Notes under the pieces: generated by a model | Seen by the model: the letters and a program-made list of their open reading frames with translations, nothing else | The model's database searches: none | Told to the model about the DNA's origin: nothing | Shown here: piece after piece, positions 50,791 to 62,036 of the stretch | Layout: each line of letters opens with the position of its first letter | Position numbering within the stretch: the stretch's first letter is position 1 | Translations under genes and position numbers: made by a program | Source of the DNA: Escherichia coli O127:H6 str. E2348/69 | Lineage (GTDB): Bacteria > Pseudomonadota > Gammaproteobacteria > Enterobacterales > Enterobacteriaceae | Direction: 5' to 3' (one strand) | DNA length: 64,000 nucleotides | Assembly: GCF_000026545.1 (NCBI RefSeq) | Contig: NC_011601.1

Positions 50791-51131
50791 CGGAGGCGGA
50801 TTTGTATCCTCATCTGGCGCATCTTGCCGGCGGGCAGGTGTACCCGTATGTGGTCCCCCTGCTGGATGGCAGGCCGTCGGTGGCGCTTCCGTGGGTGGTT
50901 TTCAGCCTGATTTCATCGGTGTCAGCGGACGTGATGGGCGGGCAGGCGGAGTCCTCAGTGTCGGTGCAGATAGACGTTTATGCCGGGACTGTGACGCAGG
51001 CGCGTCAGATACGTCAGGACGCCCGTGAAGCCATAATGCTGCTGGCCCCGGGATCCGTCAGTGAAATGCAGGACTATATTCCGGAAAACCGCTGTTACCG
51101 TGCAACCCTGGAGTTTCAGGTCACGGTGTGA
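50787..51131 (+). CDS. tail terminator-like protein
   Basis: 114 aa, last gene before major tail protein. Confidence 0.5.
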   Translation: MTEADLYPHLAHLAGGQVYPYVVPLLDGRPSVALPWVVFSLISSVSADVMGGQAESSVSVQIDVYAGTVTQARQIRQDAREAIMLLAPGSVSEMQDYIPENRCYRATLEFQVTV

Positions 51132-51157
51132 CTTTTTCTTTTTTCTACAAAACCATA

Positions 51158-51180
51158 CCCCGCCGCGTGCGGGTTTTTTA
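51158..51180 (+). terminator. intra-operon hairpin plus T-run upstream of major tail gene
   Basis: cccgc-cgcgt-gcggg followed by tttttt. Confidence 0.5.
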
Positions 51181-51195
51181 TTATCAGGCGGCAGA

Positions 51196-51912
51196 ATGTC
51201 TGCTTTGTATGAACGCTCACAGCTGACGCAGGTGATGATTTCATCTGCCCCGGCGACTGCTGAAACTATGGATAAGGCGGAATATCTGCGCCTGGATTGC
51301 ACCATCAAGGAAGTCCAGTTCACCGCCGGTCAGAAACAGGATATTGATGTGACCACGCTCTGCTCCACCGAGCAGGAGAACATCAACGGTCTGGGGGCGT
51401 CGTCTGAGATTTCCATGTCGGGTAATTTTTATCTGAATCAGGCCCAGAACGCCCTGCGTGATGCCTATGACAATGACGCGTTGTATGCGTTTAAGGTGCT
51501 GTTTCCGTCCGGTAAGGGCTTTAAGTTCCTGGCGGAAGTGCGTCAGCACACCTGGTCATCCGGTACCAACGGCGTGGTGGCAGCAACGTTTTCACTGCGT
51601 ATGAAAGGCAAACCGGTGTCCTTTGTGGTACCGCTGGCGTTTGTGAAAAATCTGGATAAAACACTTACCGTGAATACAGGTGCGCTGCTGACAATGTCAG
51701 TCAGTGCCAACGGGGGAACGCCGCCGTATAAATACGCCTGGAAGAAGGATGGTCAGCCGGTTGACGGGCAGACGACAGACACCTTCAGTAAGCCAGGTGC
51801 GCAGTCCGCTGATGCGGGGAAATATACCTGCGTGGTGACCGATTCGGCAGAGAAAGCACAGAGTGTGACGTCTGTTGAATGCACCGTGACAGTGAGCGCA
51901 GCCGCCGGATAA
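51196..51912 (+). CDS. major tail protein with C-terminal Ig-like domain
   Basis: Start moved to ATG 51196 (MSALYERS...); C-terminal ...PPYKYAWKKDGQPVDGQTTDTFSKPGAQSADAGKYTCVVTD Ig-like segment. Confidence 0.7.
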   Translation: MSALYERSQLTQVMISSAPATAETMDKAEYLRLDCTIKEVQFTAGQKQDIDVTTLCSTEQENINGLGASSEISMSGNFYLNQAQNALRDAYDNDALYAFKVLFPSGKGFKFLAEVRQHTWSSGTNGVVAATFSLRMKGKPVSFVVPLAFVKNLDKTLTVNTGALLTMSVSANGGTPPYKYAWKKDGQPVDGQTTDTFSKPGAQSADAGKYTCVVTDSAEKAQSVTSVECTVTVSAAAG

Positions 51913-51926
51913 GGGGATGGGTCATC

Positions 51927-52301
51927 ATGAAAAAGGATCTGAAAACGCTGGCGCTGGCCAGACTGTCAGGGTTTCGTCATAAAACGGTGAAGGTGCCGGA
52001 ATGGGGTAATGTCAGCGTGGTGCTGCGGGAGCCTTCGGCAGAGGCCTGGTATCTGTGGCAGGAAGTGCTCAATGGTGATGGAGAGGATGACGATACCCTG
52101 TCGGTGGTGGCGAAAACCCGCCGTAACCTGGAAGCGGATGTGACGCTGTTCTGCGATGTCCTGTGTGATACGGATCTGCAGCGGGTGTTCGCTCCGGACG
52201 ACCGTGAGCAGGTGCTGGCCGTCTATGGTCCGGTACATGCCCGGTTGCTGCGTCAGGCACTGGAACTGATCGCTGATGCAGAGTCGGCCAGAAAAAAGTA
52301 G
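51927..52301 (+). CDS. tail assembly chaperone G
   Basis: Start ATG 51927 (MKKDLKTLALARL...); ends at slippery A_AAA_AAG + TAG. Confidence 0.7.
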   Translation: MKKDLKTLALARLSGFRHKTVKVPEWGNVSVVLREPSAEAWYLWQEVLNGDGEDDDTLSVVAKTRRNLEADVTLFCDVLCDTDLQRVFAPDDREQVLAVYGPVHARLLRQALELIADAESARKK

Positions 52302-52606
52302 CCCGCCCGGAAATTCGCTTTCTGATGCGACTTGCGCTCCGTCTGGGGCGCACCTTATCCGAACTGCGGCACAGCCTGAGTGTGAGCGAGGCGATGATGT
52401 GGATGGAGTTCGACAGGGTATCCCCGCTGGGTGATGAGCGCGGGGATATCCGTAATGCACAGATCGTGAAAGCGGTTTTTGGGGCACAGGGGATGAATGT
52501 TGCACTGAAGGACGCCATGCTCTGCTGGGGCGAGGATGAGGATAAGCCGGAGGTGGATCCGTTTGCGGCGCTGGAAGACGCGCTGAGCTTTGCAGCACAG
52601 TCATGA
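51927..52606 (+). CDS. tail assembly chaperone G-T fusion via -1 programmed ribosomal frameshift
   Basis: Downstream ORF (track 52325..52606) is in the -1 frame relative to G and is open back into G; slippery heptamer at 52292-52298. Confidence 0.6.
52292..52298 (+). promoter_or_regulatory. -1 frameshift slippery heptamer A_AAA_AAG
   Basis: In G frame: gcc aga aaa aag tag; X_XXY_YYZ pattern immediately before the G stop. Confidence 0.65.
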
Positions 52607-52614
52607 ATGATGAG

Positions 52615-52636
52615 AACCGCTGAGGCGGTTTTTTTA
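52615..52636 (+). terminator. hairpin plus T-run between GT and tape-measure gene
   Basis: aaccgc-tgag-gcggtt followed by ttttt. Confidence 0.4.
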
Positions 52637-52653
52637 CGCCCGGAGAAAGGTGA

Positions 52654-55600
52654 ATGGCGACGTTACGTGAACTGATTATCAAAATTTCGGCAAATTCGCA
52701 GTCATTCCAGTCGGAGATCCAGCGGGCTTCCCGCATGGGCAGTGAATATTACCGGACCCTGCAGAATGGCGGGCGTCAGGCTGCCGCAGTCGCCCGGGAG
52801 CAGCGACGCGCCCTGGCTGAGCTGAACAGCCAGTTGACGGAAATCCGCGCTTCAGCTGCCGGAACGGCGGGGGCATTTGCAGGTGCCTTTGCCACCGGAC
52901 ACCTGATTTCTCTGGCCGATGAATGGAGTTCCGTGAATGCCCGACTGAAACAGGCGTCGCAGTCATCCGATGAATTTTCGTCATCACAGAAAGTGCTGAT
53001 GGATATCAGCCAGCGGACGGGCACGGCATTTTCAGATAATGCGGCCCTGTTTGCCCGCTCGGCAGCCTCAATGCGTGAATATGGTTACAGTGCTGATGAT
53101 GTGCTGAAGGTGACGGAGGCCATTTCCACGGGGCTGAAAATCTCCGGTGTCAGTACGGCAGAGGCGGGCTCGGTGATCACCCAGTTCAGCCAGGCGCTGG
53201 CACAGGGTGTGTTACGCGGTGAGGAATTTAATTCGGTCAATGAAAGCGGAGACCGGATCGTACGTGCACTGGCTGCGGGTATGGGCGTGGCCCGTAAAGA
53301 CCTTAAGGCGATGGCGGACGACGGCAAACTGACGGCGGATAAAGTCGTTCCTGCGTTAATCAGCCAGCTGGGGGTATTGCGTGATGAATATGCCGCCATG
53401 CCGGAAACGGTCTCTGACGGGATCACAAAGGTGGAAAACGCCTTTATGGCCTGGGTGGGTGGCGCGAATGAAGCCAGCGGAGCGACGAAAACGCTCTCCG
53501 GCGTGCTGAACGGTGTTGCCGGTAATATTGATAATGTGGCAACAGCCGCTGGGGCGCTGGTTGCCGTCGGGGTTGCCCGGTACTTTGGCAATATGGCCTC
53601 CGGAGCGGTGTCTGCCACGGCAGGACTTGTGACGGCAGCACGTAATGAAGTGGCACTGGCGGAAGCACAGCTCAGGGGGACGCAGATTGCCACGGCGCGG
53701 GCAAGGGCAGCCGTGTACCGTGCACAGCAGGCTGTGGCGGCAGCCCGCGGGACGGAGATGCAGATTGCTGCAGAAGCCCGTCTGGCGGCCACACAGGAAC
53801 GCCTGAACAGAAATATTGCTGCCAGAACCGCAGCCCAGAATGCGCTGAACAGTACAACGGCGGTGGGCTCACGTCTGATGACTGGTGCGTTGGGACTGGT
53901 TGGTGGCGTACCCGGACTGGTGATGCTGGGGGCAGCAGCATGGTATACGCTGTACCAGAATCAGGAGCAGGCCAGGGAGTCAGCGCGCCAGTATGCACTG
54001 ACGATAGATGAAATCGCGCATAAAACGCTGTCAATGTCTTTGCCTGAAGCCTCAGATAATGAAGGACGAACACGGGCGGCGCTGGCAGAGCAGAACCGGC
54101 TGATTGATGAACAGGCCAGCCGGGTGAAATCCCTGCAGGAAAAAATCGCTGGATATCAGTATGTTCTGGCTAACCCTGGCTGGACAACCGGTGACGGATT
54201 CATGATAAACCATCTGACATCGGTGAAGACCGTGACGGAAGGGCTTTCTCAGGCAACAGAGCAGCTTGCCGTTGAGCAGTCCCGTCTGGCACAGATGCAG
54301 GAAAAAGCGCAGTCCATTCAGGATGTGCTTGCCGGGCTGGAAGACCGTCGTGTGGCGTTAATTCGTCAGCAGGCGGCAGAGCAGAATAAGGTGTACCAGT
54401 CCATGCTGGTTATGAACGGTCAGCATACGGAATTCAACCGTCTGCTGGGGCTGGGTAATGAACTGCTTCAGCAGCGGCAGGGACTGGTGAATGTGCCGTT
54501 ACGGCTGCCACAGGCCACTCTGGATGATAAACAGCAGAGTGCCCTGACAAAAACAGAGCGTGAGCTGGCCCTGTCCAGACTGAAAGGGGAAGAAAAAGAG
54601 CGTGTCCGACTGGGGTATGCGGCGGATGACCTCGGTTTTGTGGGTGAACCGTATCAGGAGGCGAGACAACGTTATATCAGTAATGCCCTGGAAGCCTGGC
54701 GCAATAACGAGGCGAATAAACCCAAATCCCGGGGTGGAAAATCAGAGACGGAAAAAGCGGAAGACAGTTTTTCCCGGCTGCTGAAGCAGCAGAAAGAGCA
54801 ATTGGCACTTGCGGGGCAGAATACAGAGCTGGCGAAGCTGAAATACCAGACTGCGCAGGGCGAACTGAAAACCCTGACGGAGATGCAGAAGCAGGAACTG
54901 CTGCGCAATGCGGCCCTGATTGACCAGCAAAAAATCCGGGAGCAGTTGCGGTCCCGGGAAGAGACCCTGAAGAATGATAATGTGGCTGCGCGTGCATCAA
55001 ATGAAGCGGAACTGCTGGGGTACGGGCAGGGAGAGCGGCTCCGTGAACGCATGCGGGAGTTGCAGCAGATCCGCGACAGTTTCCGCCAGAAGGATGCGGA
55101 CCTTCAGTCTCAGTATCAGACCGGGGATATCAGTGAGGATTTTTACAGACAGGCTCTGGCACAGAACGCGCAGTATCTGAGTGAACGTCTGAAAGAGCAG
55201 GAAGCCTTTTATGCCGAATCGGATGTGCAGCGTGCGGACTGGCAGAAAGGGCTGCAGGAGGGATTCAGTAACTGGGTGGATAATGCGTCCGATTACGCCT
55301 CACAGGCAGCACAGCTGGCGACGGAGGGTATCTCAGGGATGGTGAATAACATCACGGAGATGCTGAACGGAAATAAAGTGGAATGGCGCAGCTGGGCCTC
55401 ATCAGTGCTGCAGGAAATATCAAAAGTTCTTATGAATGCCGCGATTGTCAACGGGATCAAGACGGCGGCAAACAGTATGTCCGGAGCGGGAGGATTTATC
55501 GGCAGTATTGGTAGCTGGCTGGGCGGTGCGGTGGCCAATGCAAAAGGCGGGGTGTATACCTCGGCAAACCTGAGTGCGTACAGCAACAGTATTGTGGATA

Positions 55601-55896
55601 CGCCCACGTACTTTGCCTTTGCAAAAGGGGCGGGACTGATGGGGGAGGCCGGTCCTGAAGCCATTATGCCCCTGACCCGGGCGGCGGATGGCTCGCTGGG
55701 TGTGCGAGCGGTGGGCAGTATGAACGGCAGTGCAGGTCTGGTGTATTCCCCGGTCTACCATATCGCCATTCAGAATGACGGGACTAATGGCCAGATAGGG
55801 CCGGAAGCTGCGGGCAGCCTTGTGCAACTGATTGACCAGCGGGTGCAGGCGGTGATGCTGTCCATGCGACGTGACGGAGGAATGCTGAGTGGCTGA
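52654..55896 (+). CDS. tail tape-measure protein (lambda H-like)
   Basis: 1080 aa, alpha-helical/Ala-rich, directly after G/GT. Confidence 0.9.
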   Translation: MATLRELIIKISANSQSFQSEIQRASRMGSEYYRTLQNGGRQAAAVAREQRRALAELNSQLTEIRASAAGTAGAFAGAFATGHLISLADEWSSVNARLKQASQSSDEFSSSQKVLMDISQRTGTAFSDNAALFARSAASMREYGYSADDVLKVTEAISTGLKISGVSTAEAGSVITQFSQALAQGVLRGEEFNSVNESGDRIVRALAAGMGVARKDLKAMADDGKLTADKVVPALISQLGVLRDEYAAMPETVSDGITKVENAFMAWVGGANEASGATKTLSGVLNGVAGNIDNVATAAGALVAVGVARYFGNMASGAVSATAGLVTAARNEVALAEAQLRGTQIATARARAAVYRAQQAVAAARGTEMQIAAEARLAATQERLNRNIAARTAAQNALNSTTAVGSRLMTGALGLVGGVPGLVMLGAAAWYTLYQNQEQARESARQYALTIDEIAHKTLSMSLPEASDNEGRTRAALAEQNRLIDEQASRVKSLQEKIAGYQYVLANPGWTTGDGFMINHLTSVKTVTEGLSQATEQLAVEQSRLAQMQEKAQSIQDVLAGLEDRRVALIRQQAAEQNKVYQSMLVMNGQHTEFNRLLGLGNELLQQRQGLVNVPLRLPQATLDDKQQSALTKTERELALSRLKGEEKERVRLGYAADDLGFVGEPYQEARQRYISNALEAWRNNEANKPKSRGGKSETEKAEDSFSRLLKQQKEQLALAGQNTELAKLKYQTAQGELKTLTEMQKQELLRNAALIDQQKIREQLRSREETLKNDNVAARASNEAELLGYGQGERLRERMRELQQIRDSFRQKDADLQSQYQTGDISEDFYRQALAQNAQYLSERLKEQEAFYAESDVQRADWQKGLQEGFSNWVDNASDYASQAAQLATEGISGMVNNITEMLNGNKVEWRSWASSVLQEISKVLMNAAIVNGIKTAANSMSGAGGFIGSIGSWLGGAVANAKGGVYTSANLSAYSNSIVDTPTYFAFAKGAGLMGEAGPEAIMPLTRAADGSLGVRAVGSMNGSAGLVYSPVYHIAIQNDGTNGQIGPEAAGSLVQLIDQRVQAVMLSMRRDGGMLSG

Positions 55897-56230
55897 GATA
55901 AAAACGCTGCATCTGGTCCCGCGTGAAGGGATGCAGGTGAGTGAGAAACCGTCGGTGGCGAGGGTACGGTTTGGTGACGGTTATGAACAGCGCCGCCCGA
56001 CGGGACTTAATGCCCGACTGAAGACGTTTCAGGCGGTGTTCCGGGTGACGGATGAGGCGACCCGGCGATGGCTGGAAGAGTTTTTATCGTGGCATGGTGG
56101 TTACCGTGCCTTTTTGTGGCGACCGCCGAAACATAACCGGACGGTGAGGGTGGTATGCCGGGAGTGGAGCGTCACAGATAACGCCAGGTACAGTGATTTC
56201 AGTTGTACGATTGAGCAGGTGGTGAACTGA
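55889..56230 (+). CDS. minor tail protein M
   Basis: 113 aa, lambda M-like, position. Confidence 0.8.
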   Translation: MAEIKTLHLVPREGMQVSEKPSVARVRFGDGYEQRRPTGLNARLKTFQAVFRVTDEATRRWLEEFLSWHGGYRAFLWRPPKHNRTVRVVCREWSVTDNARYSDFSCTIEQVVN

Positions 56231-56928
56231 TGCAGGATATTCACGAAGAAAGTCTGAACGAGTCGGTTAAATCAGAGCAGTCACCGCGGGTGGTACTCTG
56301 GGAAATCGACCTGATGGTACAGGGCGGTGAGCGGTATTTTTTCTGTAATGAGCTGAATGAAAAAGGGGAGCCGGTCACCTGGCAGGGGCGTAAGTATGAG
56401 GCATACCCGATTGACGGCAGCGGCTTTGAGATGAACGGCCGGGGCAGCAGTGCCCGCCCGTCGCTGACGGTGTCCAATCTGTTTGGCCTTGTCACCGGGA
56501 TGGCGGAGGACCTGCAGAGTCTGGTGGGGGCCACGGTGGTCCGCCGCCGGGTGTATGCCCGTTTTCTGGATGCGGTGAATTTCGTTGCGGGCAATCCGGA
56601 GGCGGACCCGGAGCAGGAGCTGAGTGACCGCTGGGTGGTGGAGCAGATGTCGCAGCTGACAGCCATGACGGCCTCGTTTGTGCTGGCCACACCGACCGAG
56701 ACGGACGGGGCGCTGTTTCCCGGTCGCATCATGCTGGCGAACACCTGTATGTGGGATTACCGGGGAGATGAATGCGGGTATAACGGTCCTGCGGTGGCGG
56801 ATGAGTTCGACAACCCCACCACGGATATCCGTAAGGACAGATGCAGCAAGTGCATGCGCGGGTGTGAACTGCGCAGGAATGTCGGCAATTTTGGCGGTTT
56901 CCTTTCCATTAACAAACTTTCGCAGTAA
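56230..56928 (+). CDS. minor tail protein L
   Basis: 232 aa, lambda L-like incl. C-terminal Cys cluster. Confidence 0.85.
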   Translation: MQDIHEESLNESVKSEQSPRVVLWEIDLMVQGGERYFFCNELNEKGEPVTWQGRKYEAYPIDGSGFEMNGRGSSARPSLTVSNLFGLVTGMAEDLQSLVGATVVRRRVYARFLDAVNFVAGNPEADPEQELSDRWVVEQMSQLTAMTASFVLATPTETDGALFPGRIMLANTCMWDYRGDECGYNGPAVADEFDNPTTDIRKDRCSKCMRGCELRRNVGNFGGFLSINKLSQ

Positions 56929-56933
56929 ATCCA

Positions 56934-57677
56934 ATGACACAGACAGAATCAGCGATTCTGGCGCATGCCTGGCGGTGTGTGCCTGCGGAGTCGTGCGGCT
57001 TCGTGGTGAGAACGCAGGAGGGGGAGCGGTATATCCCTTGTGTGAATATCTCTGCAGAGCCGGAGGCGTATTTTCGTATTGCACCGGAAGACTGGCTGCG
57101 GGCAGAGATGCAGGGGGAGATTGTGGCACTGGTCCACAGTCATCCCGGTGGTCTGCCCTGGCTGAGCGAGGCCGACCGGCGGCTGCAGATAAAAAGTGCA
57201 CTGTCCTGGTGGCTGGTCTGCCGGGGGGAAATTCATAAATTCCGCTGTGTGCCACATCTGACAGGACGGCGCTTTGAGCACGGGGTGACGGACTGTTACA
57301 CGCTGTTCCGGGATGCCTACCATCTGGCGGGAATTGATATGCCGGATTTTGAGCGTGAGGATGACTGGTGGCGCAACGGTCAGAACCTGTACCTGGACAA
57401 TATGGAGGCGACTGGTTTTTACAGGATTTCCCTGCCTTCCGCACAGCCTGGCGATATCCTGCTGTGCTGCTTTGGCGCATCGGTGGCCAATCATGCCGCC
57501 ATATACTGCGGCAACGGTGAACTGCTTCACCATATTCCTGAACAACTGAGTAAACGGGAGAGGTATTCCGAAAAATGGCAACGACGAACGCATTCTGTCT
57601 GGCGTCACCGCCACTGGCACACATCTGCCTTCACGGGGATTTACAACGATTTGGCCGCCGCCTCAGCCTGTATGTGA
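56934..57677 (+). CDS. tail assembly protein K (JAB/MPN + NlpC/P60 domains)
   Basis: 247 aa; HSHP motif (VALVHSHPGG) and Cys-His peptidase-like segment. Confidence 0.85.
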   Translation: MTQTESAILAHAWRCVPAESCGFVVRTQEGERYIPCVNISAEPEAYFRIAPEDWLRAEMQGEIVALVHSHPGGLPWLSEADRRLQIKSALSWWLVCRGEIHKFRCVPHLTGRRFEHGVTDCYTLFRDAYHLAGIDMPDFEREDDWWRNGQNLYLDNMEATGFYRISLPSAQPGDILLCCFGASVANHAAIYCGNGELLHHIPEQLSKRERYSEKWQRRTHSVWRHRHWHTSAFTGIYNDLAAASACM

Positions 57678-58255
57678 ACACGGCAGCGGAAGCCATCCGT
57701 GCCCTGTCGATGCAGATGCCGGGATTCCGCCTTCAGATGAACGAAGGCTGGTACCAGATACGTATTGCCGGTGAAGACACGGCACCGGAGGTGGTGTACG
57801 CCCGCCTTCACGAACATCTGGGTGAGGGAACGGTCATCCACATTGTGCCGCGACTGGCCGGGGCCGGAAAGGGTGGACTGCAGATTGTGTTGGGGGCGGC
57901 AGCCATCGTGGGCTCTTTCTTCACTGCCGGGGCATCAATGGCGTTATGGGGTTCAGCCCTGGCAGCCGGTGGTTTTTCTGCCACCACGATGCTGTTTTCA
58001 CTTGGAGCCAGCATGATTCTGGGCGGTGTGGCCCAGATGCTGGCCCCGAAGGCAAAAACACCGGATTACCGCGCAACGGATAACGGCAGACAGAACACGT
58101 ACTTTTCCTCGCTGGATAACATGATTGCCCAGGGGAACCCGATGCCGGTGCCTTACGGGGAAATGCTGGTTGGCTCCCGCCGTATATCCCAGGACATCAG
58201 CACCCGTGATGAAGGCGGGGGCGGAAAGGTCGTGGTTATCGGGCGACAGGGATAA
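57575..58255 (+). CDS. tail assembly protein I
   Basis: 226 aa; N-terminus ...ASPPLAHICLHGDLQRFGRR... parallels lambda I; overlaps K as in lambda. Confidence 0.85.
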   Translation: MATTNAFCLASPPLAHICLHGDLQRFGRRLSLYVNTAAEAIRALSMQMPGFRLQMNEGWYQIRIAGEDTAPEVVYARLHEHLGEGTVIHIVPRLAGAGKGGLQIVLGAAAIVGSFFTAGASMALWGSALAAGGFSATTMLFSLGASMILGGVAQMLAPKAKTPDYRATDNGRQNTYFSSLDNMIAQGNPMPVPYGEMLVGSRRISQDISTRDEGGGGKVVVIGRQG

Positions 58256-58495
58256 AACATAAAAAAATCCCGCAGTGATCGCGGAGCTGCGGGGACAGAC
58301 AAATGAAGATCAATGTGAAGGAGTTGTTTTTGTTACTCGGGCAAAAAAACACTAACGCAGCGAAATTATAAGCGCCACAGTCAGTGTGTGAAAATGTGAA
58401 GATATTCAGAAATTTTATTCCGTCATGACGCAGGCACCCGGTGAGGTGCCTGTTGTTTTTGTGAGTGAACAATTATCACGGTAAGAGGTGATGTA

Positions 58496-61400
58496 ATGGG
58501 CAAAGGTGGCGGCAAGGCGCACACACCGCGTGAGGCGAAAGACAATCTCAAATCCACGCAGATGATGAGCGTGATTGATGCGATTGGTGAGGGACCGATA
58601 GAAGGCCCGGTGAAAGGCCTGCAGAGTATTCTGGTGAACAAAACCCCGCTGACGGACACGGACGGTAATCCCGTGATACACGGTGTGACGGCGGTCTGGC
58701 GCGCCGGGGAGCAGGAGCAGACACCACCGGAAGGCTTTGAGTCCTCCGGAGCTGAAACCGGACTGGGCGTGGAAGTGACGAAGGCAAAACCGGTGACGCG
58801 CACCATTACGTCCGCGAACATTGACCGCCTGCGGGTTACCTTCGGGGTGCTGTCACTGGTGCAGACCACGTCAAAGGGCGACCGTAATCCTTCCTCTGTC
58901 CGGATTCTGATTCAGTTACAGCGTAATGGCCGCTGGGTGACGGAAAAGGACGTCACCATTAACGGCAAGACCACCTCACAGTTCCTGGCCTCGGTGATTC
59001 TGGATAATCTGCCTCCCCGGCCCTTTAACATCCGGATGGTCAGGGAGACGGCGGACAGCACCACGGACCAGCTGCAGAATAAGACGCTGTGGTCGTCATA
59101 CACCGAAATCATCGATGTGAAACAGTGCTACCCGAACACGGCCATTGTGGGGCTGCAGGTGGATGCGGAGCAGTTCGGCGGCCAGCAGATGACGGTGAAC
59201 TACCATATCCGCGGTCGCATCATCCAGGTGCCGTCAAACTATGACCCGGAAAAACGCACGTACAGTGGTATCTGGGACGGCAGTCTGAAACCAGCATACA
59301 GCAACAACCCGGCCTGGTGCCTGTGGGACATGCTGACTCACCCGCGCTACGGCATGGGAAAACGTCTGGGGGCGGCGGATGTGGACAAGTGGGCGCTGTA
59401 TGCCATCGGGCAGTACTGCGACCAGACGGTCCCGGATGGTTTCGGGGGGACAGAGCCGCGGATGACCTTTAATGCGTACCTGGCACAACAGCGTAAGGCG
59501 TGGGACGTTCTCAGTGATTTCTGCTCTGCGATGCGCTGTATGCCGGTATGGAACGGTCAGACGCTGACGTTCGTTCAGGACCGCCCGTCGGATGTGGTGT
59601 GGCCGTACACCAACAGCGATGTGGTGGTGGATGATAACGGCGTGGGATTCCGCTACAGCTTCAGTGCCCTGAAGGACCGGCACACGGCGGTGGAGGTGAA
59701 TTACACCGACCCGCAGAACGGCTGGCAGACCTCCACGGAACTGGTGGAAGACCCGGAAGCCATACTGCGCTACGGACGCAACCTGCTGAAGATGGACGCG
59801 TTCGGCTGTACCAGCCGCGGTCAGGCCCACCGTGCCGGACTGTGGGTGATAAAGACCGAACTGCTGGAAACGCAGACGGTGGATTTCACGCTCGGGTCTC
59901 AGGGGCTGCGGCACACACCCGGTGACATCATTGAAATCTGTGATAACGACTATGCCGGGACCCTGACCGGCGGACGTGTCCTGTCCATTGATGCTGCCAC
60001 CCGCACCCTGACGCTGGACCGTGAAGTGACACTTCCGGAGACCGGTGCCGCCACGGTGAACCTGATTAACGGCAGCGGTAAGCCGGTGAGTGTGGACATC
60101 ACCGAACACCCCGCGCCGGACCGGATACAGGTCAGTACCCTGCCTGATGGTGTGGAGACATACGGGGTGTGGGGACTCTCCCTGCCGTCACTGCGCCGTC
60201 GCCTGTTCCGCTGTGTCTCCGTCCGGGAAAACACGGACGGCACCTTTGCCATCACGGCGGTGCAGCACGTACCGGAAAAAGAAGCCATCGTGGATAACGG
60301 TGCCCGCTTTGAGCCGCAGTCAGGTTCCCTGAACAGCGTCATCCCACCGGCAGTGCAGCACCTGACGGTGGAGGTGAGCGCAGCTGACGGCCAGTATCTG
60401 GCGCAGGCGAAATGGGACACGCCGCGGGTGGTGAAGGGTGTGCGCTTCAGTCTGCGCCTGACCAGTGGTAAGGGAACGGATGCCAGACTGGTGACCACCG
60501 CCATCACCGCAGACACGGAGCACCGTTTCAGCGGCCTGCCGCTCGGGGAATACACCCTGACGGTGCGGGCGATAAACAGCTATGGCCAGCAGGGTGAACC
60601 TGCCACCACCACCTTCCGGATTGCCGCACCGGCAGCACCGTCGCGGATTGAGCTGACGCCGGGCTATTTTCAGATAACCGCCACGCCGCATCTTGCCGTT
60701 TATGACCCGACGGTACAGTTTGAGTTCTGGTTCTCGGAAAAGCGGATTGCGGATATCAGGCAGGTTGAAACCGCAGCCCGCTATCTTGGCTCGGCGCTGT
60801 ACTGGATAGCTGCCAGTATCAATATCAAACCGGGCCATGATTATTATTTTTATATCCGCAGTGTGAATACTGTTGGCAAATCGGCATTTGTGGAGGCTGT
60901 TGGCCAGCCGAGTGATGATGCATCCGGCTATCTGGATTTTTTCAAAGGAGAGATAGGGAAAACCCATCTGGCTCAGGAGTTGTGGACGCAGATTGATAAC
61001 GGTCAGCTTGCGCCTGATCTGGCTGAAATCAGGACGTCCATTACGAATGTCAGCAATGAAATCACGCAGACCGTCAATAAAAAACTGGAAAATCAGAGCG
61101 CGGCAATCCAGCAGATACAGAAAGTTCAGGTTGATACAAATAATAACCTGAACAGCATGTGGGCCGTGAAACTGCAGCAGATGAAGGACGGACGCCTTTA
61201 TATTGCGGGTATCGGAGCCGGTATTGAGAATACGCCAGCAGGTATGCAGAGTCAGGTGCTTCTGGCTGCTGACCGGATTGCGATGATTAATCCTGCGAAT
61301 GGCAACACAAAGCCGATGTTTGTTGGTCAGGGCGATCAGATATTCATGAACGAAGTGTTCCTGAAATACCTGACGGCTCCCACCATTACCAGTGGCGGTA

Positions 61401-61969
61401 ATCCTCCGGCATTTTCCCTGACACCGGACGGGCGGCTGACGGCGAAAAATGCCGATATCAGCGGTAACGTGAATGCGAACTCCGGGACGCTCAACAACGT
61501 CACGATTAACGAAAACTGTCGGGTTCTGGGAAAACTGTCCGCCAACCAGATTGAAGGCGATCTCGTTAAAACAGTGGGCAAAGCTTTCCCCCGGGACTCC
61601 CGTGCACCGGAGCGGTGGCCATCAGGGACCATTACCGTCAGGGTTTATGACGATCAGCCGTTTGACCGGCAGATTGTTATTCCGGCGGTGGCATTCAGCG
61701 GCGCTAAACATGAGAAAGAGCATACTGATATTTACTCCTCATGCCGTCTGATAGTGCGGAAAAACGGTGCTGAAATTTATAACCGTACCGCGCTGGATAA
61801 TACGCTGATTTACAGTGGTGTTATTGATATGCCTGCCGGTCACGGTCACATGACACTGGAGTTTTCGGTGTCAGCATGGCTGGTGAATAACTGGTATCCC
61901 ACAGCAAGTATCAGCGATTTGCTGGTTGTGGTGATGAAGAAAGCCACCGCAGGCATCAGTATCAGCTGA
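58496..61969 (+). CDS. tail tip / host-specificity protein J
   Basis: 1157 aa, collinear with lambda J ([20 protein letters not shown]...). Confidence 0.92.
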   Translation: MGKGGGKAHTPREAKDNLKSTQMMSVIDAIGEGPIEGPVKGLQSILVNKTPLTDTDGNPVIHGVTAVWRAGEQEQTPPEGFESSGAETGLGVEVTKAKPVTRTITSANIDRLRVTFGVLSLVQTTSKGDRNPSSVRILIQLQRNGRWVTEKDVTINGKTTSQFLASVILDNLPPRPFNIRMVRETADSTTDQLQNKTLWSSYTEIIDVKQCYPNTAIVGLQVDAEQFGGQQMTVNYHIRGRIIQVPSNYDPEKRTYSGIWDGSLKPAYSNNPAWCLWDMLTHPRYGMGKRLGAADVDKWALYAIGQYCDQTVPDGFGGTEPRMTFNAYLAQQRKAWDVLSDFCSAMRCMPVWNGQTLTFVQDRPSDVVWPYTNSDVVVDDNGVGFRYSFSALKDRHTAVEVNYTDPQNGWQTSTELVEDPEAILRYGRNLLKMDAFGCTSRGQAHRAGLWVIKTELLETQTVDFTLGSQGLRHTPGDIIEICDNDYAGTLTGGRVLSIDAATRTLTLDREVTLPETGAATVNLINGSGKPVSVDITEHPAPDRIQVSTLPDGVETYGVWGLSLPSLRRRLFRCVSVRENTDGTFAITAVQHVPEKEAIVDNGARFEPQSGSLNSVIPPAVQHLTVEVSAADGQYLAQAKWDTPRVVKGVRFSLRLTSGKGTDARLVTTAITADTEHRFSGLPLGEYTLTVRAINSYGQQGEPATTTFRIAAPAAPSRIELTPGYFQITATPHLAVYDPTVQFEFWFSEKRIADIRQVETAARYLGSALYWIAASINIKPGHDYYFYIRSVNTVGKSAFVEAVGQPSDDASGYLDFFKGEIGKTHLAQELWTQIDNGQLAPDLAEIRTSITNVSNEITQTVNKKLENQSAAIQQIQKVQVDTNNNLNSMWAVKLQQMKDGRLYIAGIGAGIENTPAGMQSQVLLAADRIAMINPANGNTKPMFVGQGDQIFMNEVFLKYLTAPTITSGGNPPAFSLTPDGRLTAKNADISGNVNANSGTLNNVTINENCRVLGKLSANQIEGDLVKTVGKAFPRDSRAPERWPSGTITVRVYDDQPFDRQIVIPAVAFSGAKHEKEHTDIYSSCRLIVRKNGAEIYNRTALDNTLIYSGVIDMPAGHGHMTLEFSVSAWLVNNWYPTASISDLLVVVMKKATAGISIS

Positions 61970-61987
61970 ATTTTATAACCCATATAC

Positions 61988-62012
61988 GGGCGCCAGAAAT
62001 GGCGCCTTTTTT
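61988..62012 (+). terminator. rho-independent terminator after J
   Basis: gggcgcc-agaaat-ggcgcc followed by tttttt. Confidence 0.7.
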
Positions 62013-62036
62013 ATTGCAGAAAAGCGAGAGGTAATT

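Noticed and set aside
52679-55827. Multiple minus-strand ORFs within the tape-measure gene (e.g. 53085..53792, 54672..55052)
   Set aside because: Antisense to a long, continuous, clearly coding frame.
56281-57624. 447-aa and 223-aa minus-strand ORFs across tail genes L/K
   Set aside because: Antisense to lambda-like L, K and I genes; Pro/Arg-rich shadow translation.
59234-60967. Minus-strand ORFs inside J (59234..60109, 59950..60555, 60320..60967)
   Set aside because: Antisense to the J gene.
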